Origin: an uncultured Solibacteraceae bacterium
Lineage (GTDB): Bacteria > Acidobacteriota > Terriglobia > Bryobacterales > Bryobacteraceae
Assembly: GCA_964384215.1 (NCBI GenBank)
Contig: CAYLLB010000014.1
Coordinates: forward strand, 25,943-89,942
Reading direction: 5' to 3'
DNA: 64,000 bases
The notes beneath the pieces are model-generated. The model searched no databases. It was not told the origin of the DNA and saw only the letters and a list, made by a program, of their open reading frames with translations. Every line of letters starts with the position of its first letter. The first letter of the stretch is position 1. The position numbers and the translations under genes are program-made. Shown piece after piece: positions 48,076 to 57,388 of the stretch.

Positions 48076-50169
48076 CTATTCTCGCGCACGCTTCCGCAAT
48101 TCGAAATCCATCCACTGGACGGCGCTCTCCGTCGTCTTTCGGCCTGAATGGTTGCGCGCGACGACGCGGAGCACGTAGACGCCCTCGGGCGTATCGGGGA
48201 TAAAACGCAGTTCCCGTGCCACGTTGAAATCGCTCCGTCCCCCAATAGCGACGGGGTCAATCGGATGCGGCCGGCCCGTCCAGACGATCTTGCCGTCTCG
48301 AAAGACATGTTCCTGGATCTCGGTTGTTGCAGCCGGTGAAGACTTGGGATTGTACACGGTGAATGAGTAACCGATGGGATCATCCGGCGCGAAGCGGCGC
48401 ACGGCGGGTCCTTGTGCCGGCCTGTCCGCATCCGTGCCGCCACCAGTCGCACAGCGCATCTCAATTCCGGACAGGGCCAACTGATTGCGCCTCAGATCGG
48501 GCACTTCAAGAAACTGCCCCGCGGAGCCGACCTTGCCGGAGAAGGCATCTCGCACAGCCGCGCGCACCTGGTAAGGCCCGGGCACCGCAGCCTCGTGCAG
48601 CATCTCAAGAACGAAACCTCGGTTGGCAGCTTCCTCGATCTTATCCGGCTCGATGCGGATTTCGAAACTATGTGCGGTGGGCGCGGCTGTCGAGCCGTTC
48701 GCCGCGAAGGCTGCCACCGCCACGTCAACCTGCGCTTTGCGCCATCCCTCGCCATCCTCCCGGAAGCTGAGGCTGCGGCCGTTGATATGCAAGTACGTGT
48801 GGATAAAAGTACCTTTCGATGGTGCGCTCACAAAGAGCGGCGTAATACGTACGCCGATGCCACTTGAATGGAATGCCGAGGTGATCGCCGCTAGAAGCTG
48901 CCTCTCCGGTGTCTGTGGAACCTGCCTTTGCGGCTTGTCCGCGATACCCACGAAGCCAGCCCTGGTTCGTACACGCAGATCCGGGTGTGTCGCTTGCACT
49001 TTCAGCCGGTGATACTTGGCCCCTCCGCCAAGGGTTGAAAACGTTCCTTCGTCCGGGCTGTAACCCAGTAGGTAGTAACCGCTCTGATCCCGCACCGCCT
49101 GGCGCGCGGCTCCGGCCAGATCGTTCGTCTCGGAGTAGAACAACCCACCGGTTTCGCGAGCCAGGTAAGCCATGCCTTCCTGCTTCTCGTGGAAATCCCG
49201 GTTGCGCTGTTCGAGCTTCTGTTGGATGCCGCCTCCGCGGGTGTTGTCGCTCGCGCGCAGTCCCAGGTAGTGGAGACCCCGGGCGTCGACGGTGTAGAAG
49301 ACCACGCCCGCCCGGCTGGCGAGATCCACAAGTTCGCGCACCCGGCTGGGAACGGGATTGCCGTTGCGGACGTCCTCGGGCGAGATGAACAATTGGATCC
49401 CATCCGAAAAGAGGATCACGGATTTGCGCCCCGGCATCTCTCTCAGTTGTTCGATCGCGTGGGCAAGCGCGCCAAGCGTGCCGAGCGTGTAAGCCTGCGC
49501 GCGGGCACGCTCGAATTCGCGGATGCTTTGCGGCCGGGTGCGCTTGCTCCTGTCGTCGGAGCCGTCGTGCCGAATGTCATTCTCATCAAAGGCGCGAATG
49601 GCATCGATGCCGCCGCGCCCCAGCCCGCTCCATCTCACCTGGTCGATGGCCGTGTGCAGCAGGCGCTTGTCGTTGGTGAATTGCTGCAGCACGCCGGAAC
49701 TCGACGCGGTGCGCAGGATTGCCGCCGCGTCGGCTGCACCCATCTGCTCATCCACAAACTTGCGCAGCGCATCCTTGACCAACGGGAAGCTTTGCATGGA
49801 GATGCCCAGATCGTCCACCACCAACGCGATGGTGCGCCGGGTGGCCTCCCGCACGAGAGGGACCGGCGGCGCCATGGATCGCTGCTTCGCCGCCAGGCCG
49901 CGCTCCTCGGCGGCTTTCAACCTCGCGGGCGGTTTAGCCTCCGCGCCGGGGACTTCGACATAGGAGAAGTGGGTAATCGCCTGCTCCTTGCCGTCCTGGA
50001 ACAGTCTGAAATCGTCACGCGTCAGGTTTGGTACGTTGTTTCCATGCTTGTCCGTTACGACGGCGTCGATCTGGACCAGCCTGACAGTCACGCGCAGCAC
50101 CGGTTCCTCCATCTGCTGAGCGGAGAGAATAGTTCCTAGCCCAATCAACGCGGTGCGGATAAGCGGCAT
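48076..50169 (-). CDS. VWA-domain protein of the acidobacterial VWFA-related family (TIGR03436-like)
   Basis: N-terminus VRLVQIDAVVTDKHGNNVPNLTRDDFRLFQDGKEQAITHF followed by a VWA region (IALVVDDLG...ILFSDG). Confidence 0.75.
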   Translation of the reverse strand: MPLIRTALIGLGTILSAQQMEEPVLRVTVRLVQIDAVVTDKHGNNVPNLTRDDFRLFQDGKEQAITHFSYVEVPGAEAKPPARLKAAEERGLAAKQRSMAPPVPLVREATRRTIALVVDDLGISMQSFPLVKDALRKFVDEQMGAADAAAILRTASSSGVLQQFTNDKRLLHTAIDQVRWSGLGRGGIDAIRAFDENDIRHDGSDDRSKRTRPQSIREFERARAQAYTLGTLGALAHAIEQLREMPGRKSVILFSDGIQLFISPEDVRNGNPVPSRVRELVDLASRAGVVFYTVDARGLHYLGLRASDNTRGGGIQQKLEQRNRDFHEKQEGMAYLARETGGLFYSETNDLAGAARQAVRDQSGYYLLGYSPDEGTFSTLGGGAKYHRLKVQATHPDLRVRTRAGFVGIADKPQRQVPQTPERQLLAAITSAFHSSGIGVRITPLFVSAPSKGTFIHTYLHINGRSLSFREDGEGWRKAQVDVAVAAFAANGSTAAPTAHSFEIRIEPDKIEEAANRGFVLEMLHEAAVPGPYQVRAAVRDAFSGKVGSAGQFLEVPDLRRNQLALSGIEMRCATGGGTDADRPAQGPAVRRFAPDDPIGYSFTVYNPKSSPAATTEIQEHVFRDGKIVWTGRPHPIDPVAIGGRSDFNVARELRFIPDTPEGVYVLRVVARNHSGRKTTESAVQWMDFELRKRARE

Positions 50170-50194
50170 AGAACGATAATAGGATGTTTACGCC

Positions 50195-52285
50195 ATGAAC
50201 AGACTGCTCCTGCTGCTGCTCTTTGCCACTCTAGCCGCGGCCTCTAACCGGCTGCCGTCGAACCTGCCGCCGGAGATTTACGCCTGGTTCTGGATGGAGC
50301 CGGAGTTTCAACCGGAGGGCTATCGAGCCTTCATCGACCTCATCGCCGATCATTCCAATTTCGGCCTCCTTACTACGAGTCCGCGCCTTCCTTCGCGGGA
50401 GGTCACCGAGCCGGAGACCCACGACCAGGTCAAGCGCGCTGTCCTCTACGCTCATTCGCGCGGTCTTCGCGTGGCCTTCGATCTTGATGTGCGCCTGGCG
50501 CGAGGCGCGTTCCACAAACAGTATCCGGATCAGCAGCAGTGGATGTTGCGCATTGTCGAGGTGCCGGAAAAACAGACGAGTGTAACGGTGCGGCCGCTCG
50601 TACTTTCCGACCACATGACGGGACGCGGAGGATCGTATGAAACGCTGAGTGGAAAGCTCCTGGGAGTCTTCCGGCGAAGCGCTAACAACCAGCTCGTCGT
50701 AGTTCAGTCGGTGCGCGCCGCGGTCGAATCCGCCTCGGAAGTGAGAGTGGGGGTGCCGGCGGGCGCAGGATACATCGTGGCCGCGGCGTTCGAGTACCGC
50801 ACGCCGGACGTGTTCGCGCCCGCGCTCCTCGAGTTTCAACGCTCCATCTACGAGCAGTACCGCGACATCCCGCTGGACGGTGCCATGAAAGACGAGTGGG
50901 GCTTTCCGCCCGTTTACGGTGCGGGTCCGCGCGGGGGCGATTTCTGGTACTCGCAAAGTTTCGCGTCCGCCTGGCGCAAGGCCGGCGGCGGCGACATGGT
51001 CCGTGACTGTGTCCTGATGTACACCGGTGTGGGCGGCACGCACCAGGCGCGTATCAGCGCCGCCAACCGTTACGGGCGCCTGCTGCTCGAACGCAATGCC
51101 GAAATCGAGCGCTCCTACTATTCAGAACTGAAGCGCGTGTTCGGTGCACAGGCTTTCGCCGGCACGCACGCCACCTGGGGCATCATGCCCAGCGGCGATG
51201 CCTTCAAAAACGGCTACGACTGGTGGTGGGCAACGCGAGACTATGGGCAGACCGACGAGGATTTCCCGATCTCCTTGCGCACTTCCCTGGCTAAGAAAAT
51301 GGGCGGACCGGTCTGGTACAACCAGTATTACAACGCGGACATTGAACCGTATGCGAAGGAGGTGTGGCGCGACGCGCGCGCGGGCGGCCGCGTGAATTTC
51401 CATCCTTTGTGGCCGTCGGCAGTGGATGCGGACGCGAATGTGCGCCTGCTCTCGAGCCCCGCTGTCCGGGCGGAGAATCGCATTCGCCTTTTGAACTATG
51501 TGAGCTGGGCGCCGCGGGATTGCCCGGTGGCGGTGGTCTTTGGCCACGCGGCGGCGGCGAACTGGCTGGGCCCGCGCTTCGGTGATCTCGGTATCGACTT
51601 CGCCGAGTCGATGTGGCGCGAAGGATTTCCCGCCGACATCATCCCGTCCACCGAGATCGAATCCGGCGCTCTCAAAGTCGGCGATGATGGCTTGGTGCGT
51701 TACGGCGTGCAGCAGTACCGCGCCCTGGTGTTTCTGAACACCGAATACGAGCCGCGCAGCACGTTCGAGTTTCTGCGCCGCGCGGCGCGTTCCCATACCG
51801 CCACGTTTGTGCGGGACACAGCCGCGGCCGCGGGCGTAATCCCCGGCGCGGGTCTCGACCCTACGCCCGAACGGGTGGCGGTCTTCCTGAGAGGTTCCCA
51901 CACGCTGCACGACGATCCAGCGGATCTGGCCCGTCTCACGGACGGTACCTGCATCCTGGCGCGCGGAGAACGCAACCCGGCGGGCGACGCGATTGATGAA
52001 ACCTTCTACTGCGGCAAGACAAGGGTGCGCGCCCGGGCGACCGGTGTCTTCGCCGTCCGGCTCTCCGGCACCGACGAATTGAAGTCGCTGGCCGGTTCCG
52101 AAGTTCGCCTCGTGGAAGCCGGGAAGCTGCGCTTTGAATTCACACAGCCAATCGACTTCGCCCTTTGGCGGGACGCTCAGGGCGCACTGCACGGCGTGGT
52201 GCAGGGGAATACACCCGTCCCGGACCGGCTTCTCCAGTTGACAAAGGACTGGGTGCGTCTCGATAACAAAGAGGAAGCACGATGA
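50195..52285 (+). CDS. Secreted protein of unknown function (696 aa)
   Basis: Signal peptide MNRLLLLLLFATLAAAS. No recognisable motif. The stop overlaps the rmuC start (ATGA at 52282..52285). Confidence 0.6.
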   Translation: MNRLLLLLLFATLAAASNRLPSNLPPEIYAWFWMEPEFQPEGYRAFIDLIADHSNFGLLTTSPRLPSREVTEPETHDQVKRAVLYAHSRGLRVAFDLDVRLARGAFHKQYPDQQQWMLRIVEVPEKQTSVTVRPLVLSDHMTGRGGSYETLSGKLLGVFRRSANNQLVVVQSVRAAVESASEVRVGVPAGAGYIVAAAFEYRTPDVFAPALLEFQRSIYEQYRDIPLDGAMKDEWGFPPVYGAGPRGGDFWYSQSFASAWRKAGGGDMVRDCVLMYTGVGGTHQARISAANRYGRLLLERNAEIERSYYSELKRVFGAQAFAGTHATWGIMPSGDAFKNGYDWWWATRDYGQTDEDFPISLRTSLAKKMGGPVWYNQYYNADIEPYAKEVWRDARAGGRVNFHPLWPSAVDADANVRLLSSPAVRAENRIRLLNYVSWAPRDCPVAVVFGHAAAANWLGPRFGDLGIDFAESMWREGFPADIIPSTEIESGALKVGDDGLVRYGVQQYRALVFLNTEYEPRSTFEFLRRAARSHTATFVRDTAAAAGVIPGAGLDPTPERVAVFLRGSHTLHDDPADLARLTDGTCILARGERNPAGDAIDETFYCGKTRVRARATGVFAVRLSGTDELKSLAGSEVRLVEAGKLRFEFTQPIDFALWRDAQGALHGVVQGNTPVPDRLLQLTKDWVRLDNKEEAR

Positions 52286-53475
52286 CACTGGCATGGTTTG
52301 TCGCGGGAGTGGTTTTGGGAGCGCTGGCGGCGGCGCTGATTCTATATCGGAAACTGGCGCAGGTCGAGGCCGCCCGCCAGGTCGCTGAAACGCGGGTGGC
52401 CGCTGCCGACGCGTCCGCGGCCAAAATCAACGAGACCATTCAATCGCTCTCCGACGCGGCGCTGCGTTCCAACCAGGCGTCGTTCCTGGAGAACGCCCGC
52501 ACCACGCTCGACACCGTTCGCGCCCAGATCACCGGGGATCTTGCGCAGCAGCAGACCGCCGTCACGGGCGTGGTCCGTGCGATGAGCGAGACCATCCAGC
52601 GCCTGGAGGCGCAGAGCAGGGAAATCGAAAGCGCGCGTCAGAAGGTCTACGGCGGCCTGCAACAGCAGATAGAGCGTCTGTCGCGGGAAACTTCCACTCT
52701 CTCCAACGCGCTGCGCGCCCCGCAAGTGCGCGGCCGTTGGGGCGAAACCACGCTCCGGCGCGTGGTCGAATTGGCCGGCATGGTGAAGCACTGCGATTTT
52801 GTCGAGCAGGAAGCCCTGGACTCCGGACGCCTGCGCCCGGACATGGTCGTGATGCTGCCGGGCGGGCGCTCGATCGCGGTGGATGCCAAGGTGCCGCTCG
52901 CGGCGTTCCTGGATGCCGCGGCTGCCGAGGACGATGCCAGGCGCCGCGATGCGTTGAAGCGGCACAGCCAGCATGTGGCTGAGCATGCCGCCAAGCTGGG
53001 CGCCAAAGCCTATTGGAGCCAACTGCAGCCTTCGCCCGAACTGGTCGTGCTGTTTCTGCCGGGCGACCACTTCCTGAGCGCCGCGCTCGAGTTCAATCCC
53101 ACGTTGGCCGACGACGCTCTCGAACGCAAGGTTCTGTTGGCGACGCCCGCAACGCTCATCAGCGTCCTGAAGGGTGTCTCCTACGATTGGCGCCAGCATC
53201 AGCTTGCCGAAAGCGCCGAGGAGATTCGCCGCCTTGCCTCCGAACTGTATGAGCGGACGCTCACCGTGCAGGATTACTACGCCGACACGGGCCGGCACCT
53301 GGATCGCGCCGTGCAGGCCTACAACCGCAGCGTGGGCAGTTGGGAGAACCGCCTACTGCCCTCGCTCCGGCGCATCCGCGAGTTGGGTGCCACCGCGGGC
53401 GAGGAACCCGCGGCGCCGGAGCAAATCGACGTCGTCGCGCGCGATCCAAAGATGCTGGAACCGTTCAAGGACTAA
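52282..53475 (+). CDS. rmuC: DNA recombination protein RmuC
   Basis: N-terminal TM helix and coiled coil, then RGRWGETTLRRVVELAGMVKHCDF and PDMVVMLPGGRSIAVDAKVPL, typical of RmuC. Confidence 0.85.
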   Translation: MTLAWFVAGVVLGALAAALILYRKLAQVEAARQVAETRVAAADASAAKINETIQSLSDAALRSNQASFLENARTTLDTVRAQITGDLAQQQTAVTGVVRAMSETIQRLEAQSREIESARQKVYGGLQQQIERLSRETSTLSNALRAPQVRGRWGETTLRRVVELAGMVKHCDFVEQEALDSGRLRPDMVVMLPGGRSIAVDAKVPLAAFLDAAAAEDDARRRDALKRHSQHVAEHAAKLGAKAYWSQLQPSPELVVLFLPGDHFLSAALEFNPTLADDALERKVLLATPATLISVLKGVSYDWRQHQLAESAEEIRRLASELYERTLTVQDYYADTGRHLDRAVQAYNRSVGSWENRLLPSLRRIRELGATAGEEPAAPEQIDVVARDPKMLEPFKD

Positions 53476-53476
53476 A

Positions 53477-54391
53477 ATGCCGATGCGCAGGTTGCTGCTC
53501 TTTTTGGCGCGCCGCCGCCTCCTCCGCCGTTGGATGGAACACTCTTCGACGGCCGCCCTGCTCACCAGGCGCTTCATCGCCGGCCAGTCGTTGGACGATG
53601 CGATTTCGGTTTGCGCCGCTCTGGCCGCGGAACGTATGTTCGCGACGATAGACCGCCTCGGCGAAAACGTGACGTCCATCGAAGAAGCCGCCGCCTCGCG
53701 GGACACGTATCTCGACGTCTTGGAGCGGATTGCCGCCGCGTCCTCTCACACCACGATCTCGATCAAGTTAACCCAGTTCGGCATGGACTTATCCGAACAA
53801 GCTTGCCGGGAGAACGTCACCGCGCTGGCCGAACGCGCGTGCCGCCTGGGCACTCGCGTCGAAGTGGACATGGAGTCGCACGAATACGTCGACCGGACGT
53901 TGCGCCTCGCCACTGATCTGCATCACCGTTTCAACTGCGTCCGGGCCGTCATCCAGTCGTACTTGTACCGGAGCGAGGAGGATATCGAGGCGCTGTGCGA
54001 CGCAAGCGTGCCCGTGCGCCTGTGCAAGGGTGCATATCTGGAACCACGCACGGTGGCCTTCCCACGCAAACAGGATGTGGATGCCAACTACCTGAAGCTC
54101 ATGTACGTGCTTTTGGACCGCGGGGCGAACCCGGCCTTCGCCACGCACGACGAAAAAATCATTCGCTCCATCCAGGCCTACGCGCGATTGAAGGACATCT
54201 CCCCCGAGAGCTTCGAGTTCCAGATGCTTTACGGGATTCGCCGCGACTTGCAGCGCGAACTTACGCGTGAAGGCTACCGTGTCCGCCTCTACGTGCCGTA
54301 CGGCACCGCCTGGTACCCGTACTTCATGCGCCGCTTAGCCGAGCGGCCCGCCAACATCCTCTTCCTGCTGCGAAATCTGCTGCGCCGCTAG
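53477..54391 (+). CDS. Monofunctional proline dehydrogenase
   Basis: Track ORF 53174..54391 trimmed to the ATG at 53477, 1 nt after the rmuC stop. VRLCKGAY, FATHDEK, FQMLYGIRRDLQ, LYVPYG...YFMRRLAERPAN motifs. Confidence 0.85.
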   Translation: MPMRRLLLFLARRRLLRRWMEHSSTAALLTRRFIAGQSLDDAISVCAALAAERMFATIDRLGENVTSIEEAAASRDTYLDVLERIAAASSHTTISIKLTQFGMDLSEQACRENVTALAERACRLGTRVEVDMESHEYVDRTLRLATDLHHRFNCVRAVIQSYLYRSEEDIEALCDASVPVRLCKGAYLEPRTVAFPRKQDVDANYLKLMYVLLDRGANPAFATHDEKIIRSIQAYARLKDISPESFEFQMLYGIRRDLQRELTREGYRVRLYVPYGTAWYPYFMRRLAERPANILFLLRNLLRR

Positions 54392-54438
54392 CGCCCGGGT
54401 GACGCAACTTTCACCTCGAAAAAGCCGTCTAATATTGC

Positions 54439-54876
54439 ATGAAGTACTGGGGCTTCTTCGTGCTGAAGTTGCTCGTGACGGCGATTGTGGGATTCGTTCT
54501 GTGGGAAGCGATCCACGTGATTTGGCCGTCCTCGCGTCTCAGCTACTACGGCGTACCGGCGCCCCGGTTCGGACACGATCTGGTCTATACCCTGGTCTTG
54601 CTGCTCTACAACCTCGTCCTGCAGGGCCTCATCTGGCTGAGCATATGGGACCAGCGATATCGCTGCCGGATCTGCCTGCGGCGCTTGCGCATGCCAGTGG
54701 AGCAGGGTTCATGGAGCCATATGCTGTTGTTCGGCCCGCCGCATACCGAGTATATTTGCACTTACGGGCACGGCGCGCTCGATGTGCCTGAGATTCCGGT
54801 TTCCGGACGTCCCGTCTGGAAGCGCAACGAGGACATGTGGAAGGAACTGTTCAAGCCCCGAGAACGTTCGCGGTAA
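54439..54876 (+). CDS. Small membrane protein, unknown function (2 TM helices plus Cys/His-containing tail)
   Basis: 145-aa ORF. Two hydrophobic segments, then CRICLRRL...YICTYGHG. No clear RBS. Confidence 0.45.
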   Translation: MKYWGFFVLKLLVTAIVGFVLWEAIHVIWPSSRLSYYGVPAPRFGHDLVYTLVLLLYNLVLQGLIWLSIWDQRYRCRICLRRLRMPVEQGSWSHMLLFGPPHTEYICTYGHGALDVPEIPVSGRPVWKRNEDMWKELFKPRERSR

Positions 54877-55199
54877 GGCTCGCCGTCGCGGTTGTCCTGC
54901 TGGTGGCCTTCGGAGTGATAGCCGCCCGCCTGGTGCCGCCCTACTTTCATCACTACCAATTCAAGGGCTACATCGAACAGATGGCGGATAGCCAGGAGAC
55001 TGGCGGTCTGCCGGAGGAAATGCTTCGTATCCGTGTGATAGACGGGGCACGGCGGCGCGGTCTGCCTGTGCAGGCCGGCCAAGTTCGCATCTCGCGTGGC
55101 GCCTCAGGCATGAGCATCGACGTCCGCTACGTTGTGCCCGTGGACATCTACGTGTCCACCGTGATCCTGCACTTCCACACGCACGCCGGCGCACGCTGA
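54837..55199 (+). CDS. Small single-TM protein, unknown function (DUF4845-like pattern)
   Basis: GTG at 54837 overlaps the upstream ORF by 40 nt, so the start is uncertain. VRLAVAVVLLVAFGVIAARLVPPYFHHYQFKGYIEQMA resembles DUF4845. Confidence 0.4.
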   Translation: MEGTVQAPRTFAVRLAVAVVLLVAFGVIAARLVPPYFHHYQFKGYIEQMADSQETGGLPEEMLRIRVIDGARRRGLPVQAGQVRISRGASGMSIDVRYVVPVDIYVSTVILHFHTHAGAR

Positions 55200-55233
55200 C
55201 ACAGACTCTCCGGGTTCCGCTAGACTGTCCAAG

Positions 55234-56634
55234 ATGGGACAACTACTTGCCGGTGTTGGACGTGCCGACATTACTCCCGCGTCCGGCACTCCGCAGGGCG
55301 GGTGGGGTGCGCAGACGCACCAGCGCGGCCTGGGCGCGGACATGCCCATGTACGCCACGGCACTGGCTCTTTCCGACGGCAACGAAACCCTGGCGATCGC
55401 CGATGTGGATGCCATCGGCTTCGACGGCGTTTGGACCGCGCGCATCCTCGACGCCATCTCTTCGACAACCGGGCTGGCGAAGGACCACATCCGCTTCTCC
55501 TGCACGCACACGCACTCCGGGCCGAATACTTTCCGCCTCGGCAACATCAGCGAAGGCCTGGACATGGTGATGAGCTACCTGGACAGTCTCCCGCTTCGCA
55601 TTGCCGGTGCGGTTTACCAGGCGCTCCAAACGATGCGGCCGGTGCGTTGCGCGGCAGCGGAAGGCCGCTCGGAGATCAATGTAAACCGGCGCTTCCGCGT
55701 GCCAGGCGGCGGAATGGCCGTGGGCCGGAACTGGGGCGGCGCCGCGGATCCCACGGTGCGTGTGGTGCGCTTCGACGCGCTGGATGAAACGCCGGTGGCC
55801 ACCATCGTCCACTACGCCTGTCACGGCACGACGATCGCCTGGCAGAACAAGCTGTTCACGCCAGACTATCCGGGCGTGTGCCGCCAGGTGGTCGAGCGGG
55901 AAGTAGGCGGGACGTGCCTGTTCCTGCAGGGCGCAGCCGGGAATTTGACCCCCCGGCGCGGCTTCACCGGCGACCTGCGTGTGTACCGATGGTTGGGCCA
56001 ACGGCTCGGCTTGGCCGCCGCCGAGACGGCTCTCGCCATCGAAACGTTGCCGAAGCGCGAACGTTACGCCGGCGTGCTGCAATCCGGCGCGGCCATAGCC
56101 CTTTACGACGACGAACCGTTGGAGCCGCCTGCGCCGGAACTACGCATGATCACGCGCATGGTGGAGCTTCCGCTGAAGCAGTTCGATGCGCCGGAGAAGC
56201 TGGAAGCGGAAGCTTTGGCGCTACATGAGGAAATGGAGCGCGCCCGCCGCGAAGGGTCGGAAGAGGAATTGCGCGCTGCCACCGCCCGCTATACGCAGGC
56301 CAACTGGCGCGCCGGAGCCGCCCGCGAGTTTTTCGGCAGGAAGACGGCCGCGCGCCAGATGCAGGCCATCCGGGTGGGGGACATCGCGCTTCTGTCGATC
56401 GAAGGCGAACCGTTCATTGAAATCGGTCTGCGCATCGTAGAGGCGTCTCCGTTCGCACACACGCTGTTTTCGGGTTACTCGAACGGAGGATTCGGCTACA
56501 TTCCCACGCGCGAGGCCGTCGAGGAAGGTGGCTACGAAGTAACGCAGGGTAGCCCGTTTTCGGGCGGCGCCGCCGACGCCGTTGTCGCGGAAGGACTGCG
56601 ATTATTGCACGATCTGAAGGAGATAGACGCATGA
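55234..56634 (+). CDS. Ceramidase-fold hydrolase (paralogue 3, no obvious signal peptide)
   Basis: AGVGRADITPASGTPQGGWG and FSCTHTHSGPNT match the neutral-ceramidase N-terminal signature. 466 aa. Confidence 0.75.
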   Translation: MGQLLAGVGRADITPASGTPQGGWGAQTHQRGLGADMPMYATALALSDGNETLAIADVDAIGFDGVWTARILDAISSTTGLAKDHIRFSCTHTHSGPNTFRLGNISEGLDMVMSYLDSLPLRIAGAVYQALQTMRPVRCAAAEGRSEINVNRRFRVPGGGMAVGRNWGGAADPTVRVVRFDALDETPVATIVHYACHGTTIAWQNKLFTPDYPGVCRQVVEREVGGTCLFLQGAAGNLTPRRGFTGDLRVYRWLGQRLGLAAAETALAIETLPKRERYAGVLQSGAAIALYDDEPLEPPAPELRMITRMVELPLKQFDAPEKLEAEALALHEEMERARREGSEEELRAATARYTQANWRAGAAREFFGRKTAARQMQAIRVGDIALLSIEGEPFIEIGLRIVEASPFAHTLFSGYSNGGFGYIPTREAVEEGGYEVTQGSPFSGGAADAVVAEGLRLLHDLKEIDA

Positions 56635-57386
56635 AGCTGAAGGATAAAGTCGCCATCGTGACCGGCGCATCGCTGGGCATCGGCCGTGCCGTCGCCGTCG
56701 AACTGGCCGCTCAGGGCGCCGACGTGGCGGTGAACTACGTTCGCCATGCCGGGGAGGCGGAAAAAGCGGTCGAGGAGATTCGGGCTCTTGGCCGCCGCGC
56801 CATCGCGTGCCAGGCAGATGTTGGCGACCGGGCACAGGATGAGCGGATGCTCGAAGAGACGCTGAAGGCATTCGGACGGGTGGATATCCTGGTCAGTAAC
56901 GCGGCCTATAGCATCCGCAAACCTTTCCTCGAACTCACGCCGGAAGATGTGGAAAAGACCTGGTCGGTTTCGCTTTGGGGCGTTTTCCACACCTGCCAGT
57001 TGGCCGCGAAGCAAATGGTCAAGCAAGGCACGGGCGGCAACATCGTACTCGTCAGTTCGGTTCATGCGGAGCGTCCCTATCCGCGGTCCACCTCCTACAA
57101 CGCCGCCAAGGCTGCCGTGAACCAGATGGCTTTCACCTGGGCCAATGAACTCATTCCGTACGGCATCCGTGTGAACGTGGTCGAGCCGGGATGGACCGAT
57201 ACGCCCGGCGAACGCAACTACAACACGGAGGAGCAACTGCGCGAGGGCGGCAAACTGGTGCCCATCGGGCGGCTGGCGCGTGCCGAGGAAGTTGCCAAAG
57301 GCGTGGCGTTCCTGGTTTCCGAAGACGCCTCGTACATCGTGGGAAGCTGCCTCCGCATCGACGGCGGTTTCGTGCTGGTCCACTAA
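56631..57386 (+). CDS. SDR-family oxidoreductase (FabG-like)
   Basis: TGASLGIGRA cofactor motif and YNAAK catalytic motif. The start overlaps the upstream stop (ATGA). Confidence 0.88.
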   Translation: MKLKDKVAIVTGASLGIGRAVAVELAAQGADVAVNYVRHAGEAEKAVEEIRALGRRAIACQADVGDRAQDERMLEETLKAFGRVDILVSNAAYSIRKPFLELTPEDVEKTWSVSLWGVFHTCQLAAKQMVKQGTGGNIVLVSSVHAERPYPRSTSYNAAKAAVNQMAFTWANELIPYGIRVNVVEPGWTDTPGERNYNTEEQLREGGKLVPIGRLARAEEVAKGVAFLVSEDASYIVGSCLRIDGGFVLVH

Positions 57387-57388
57387 CT

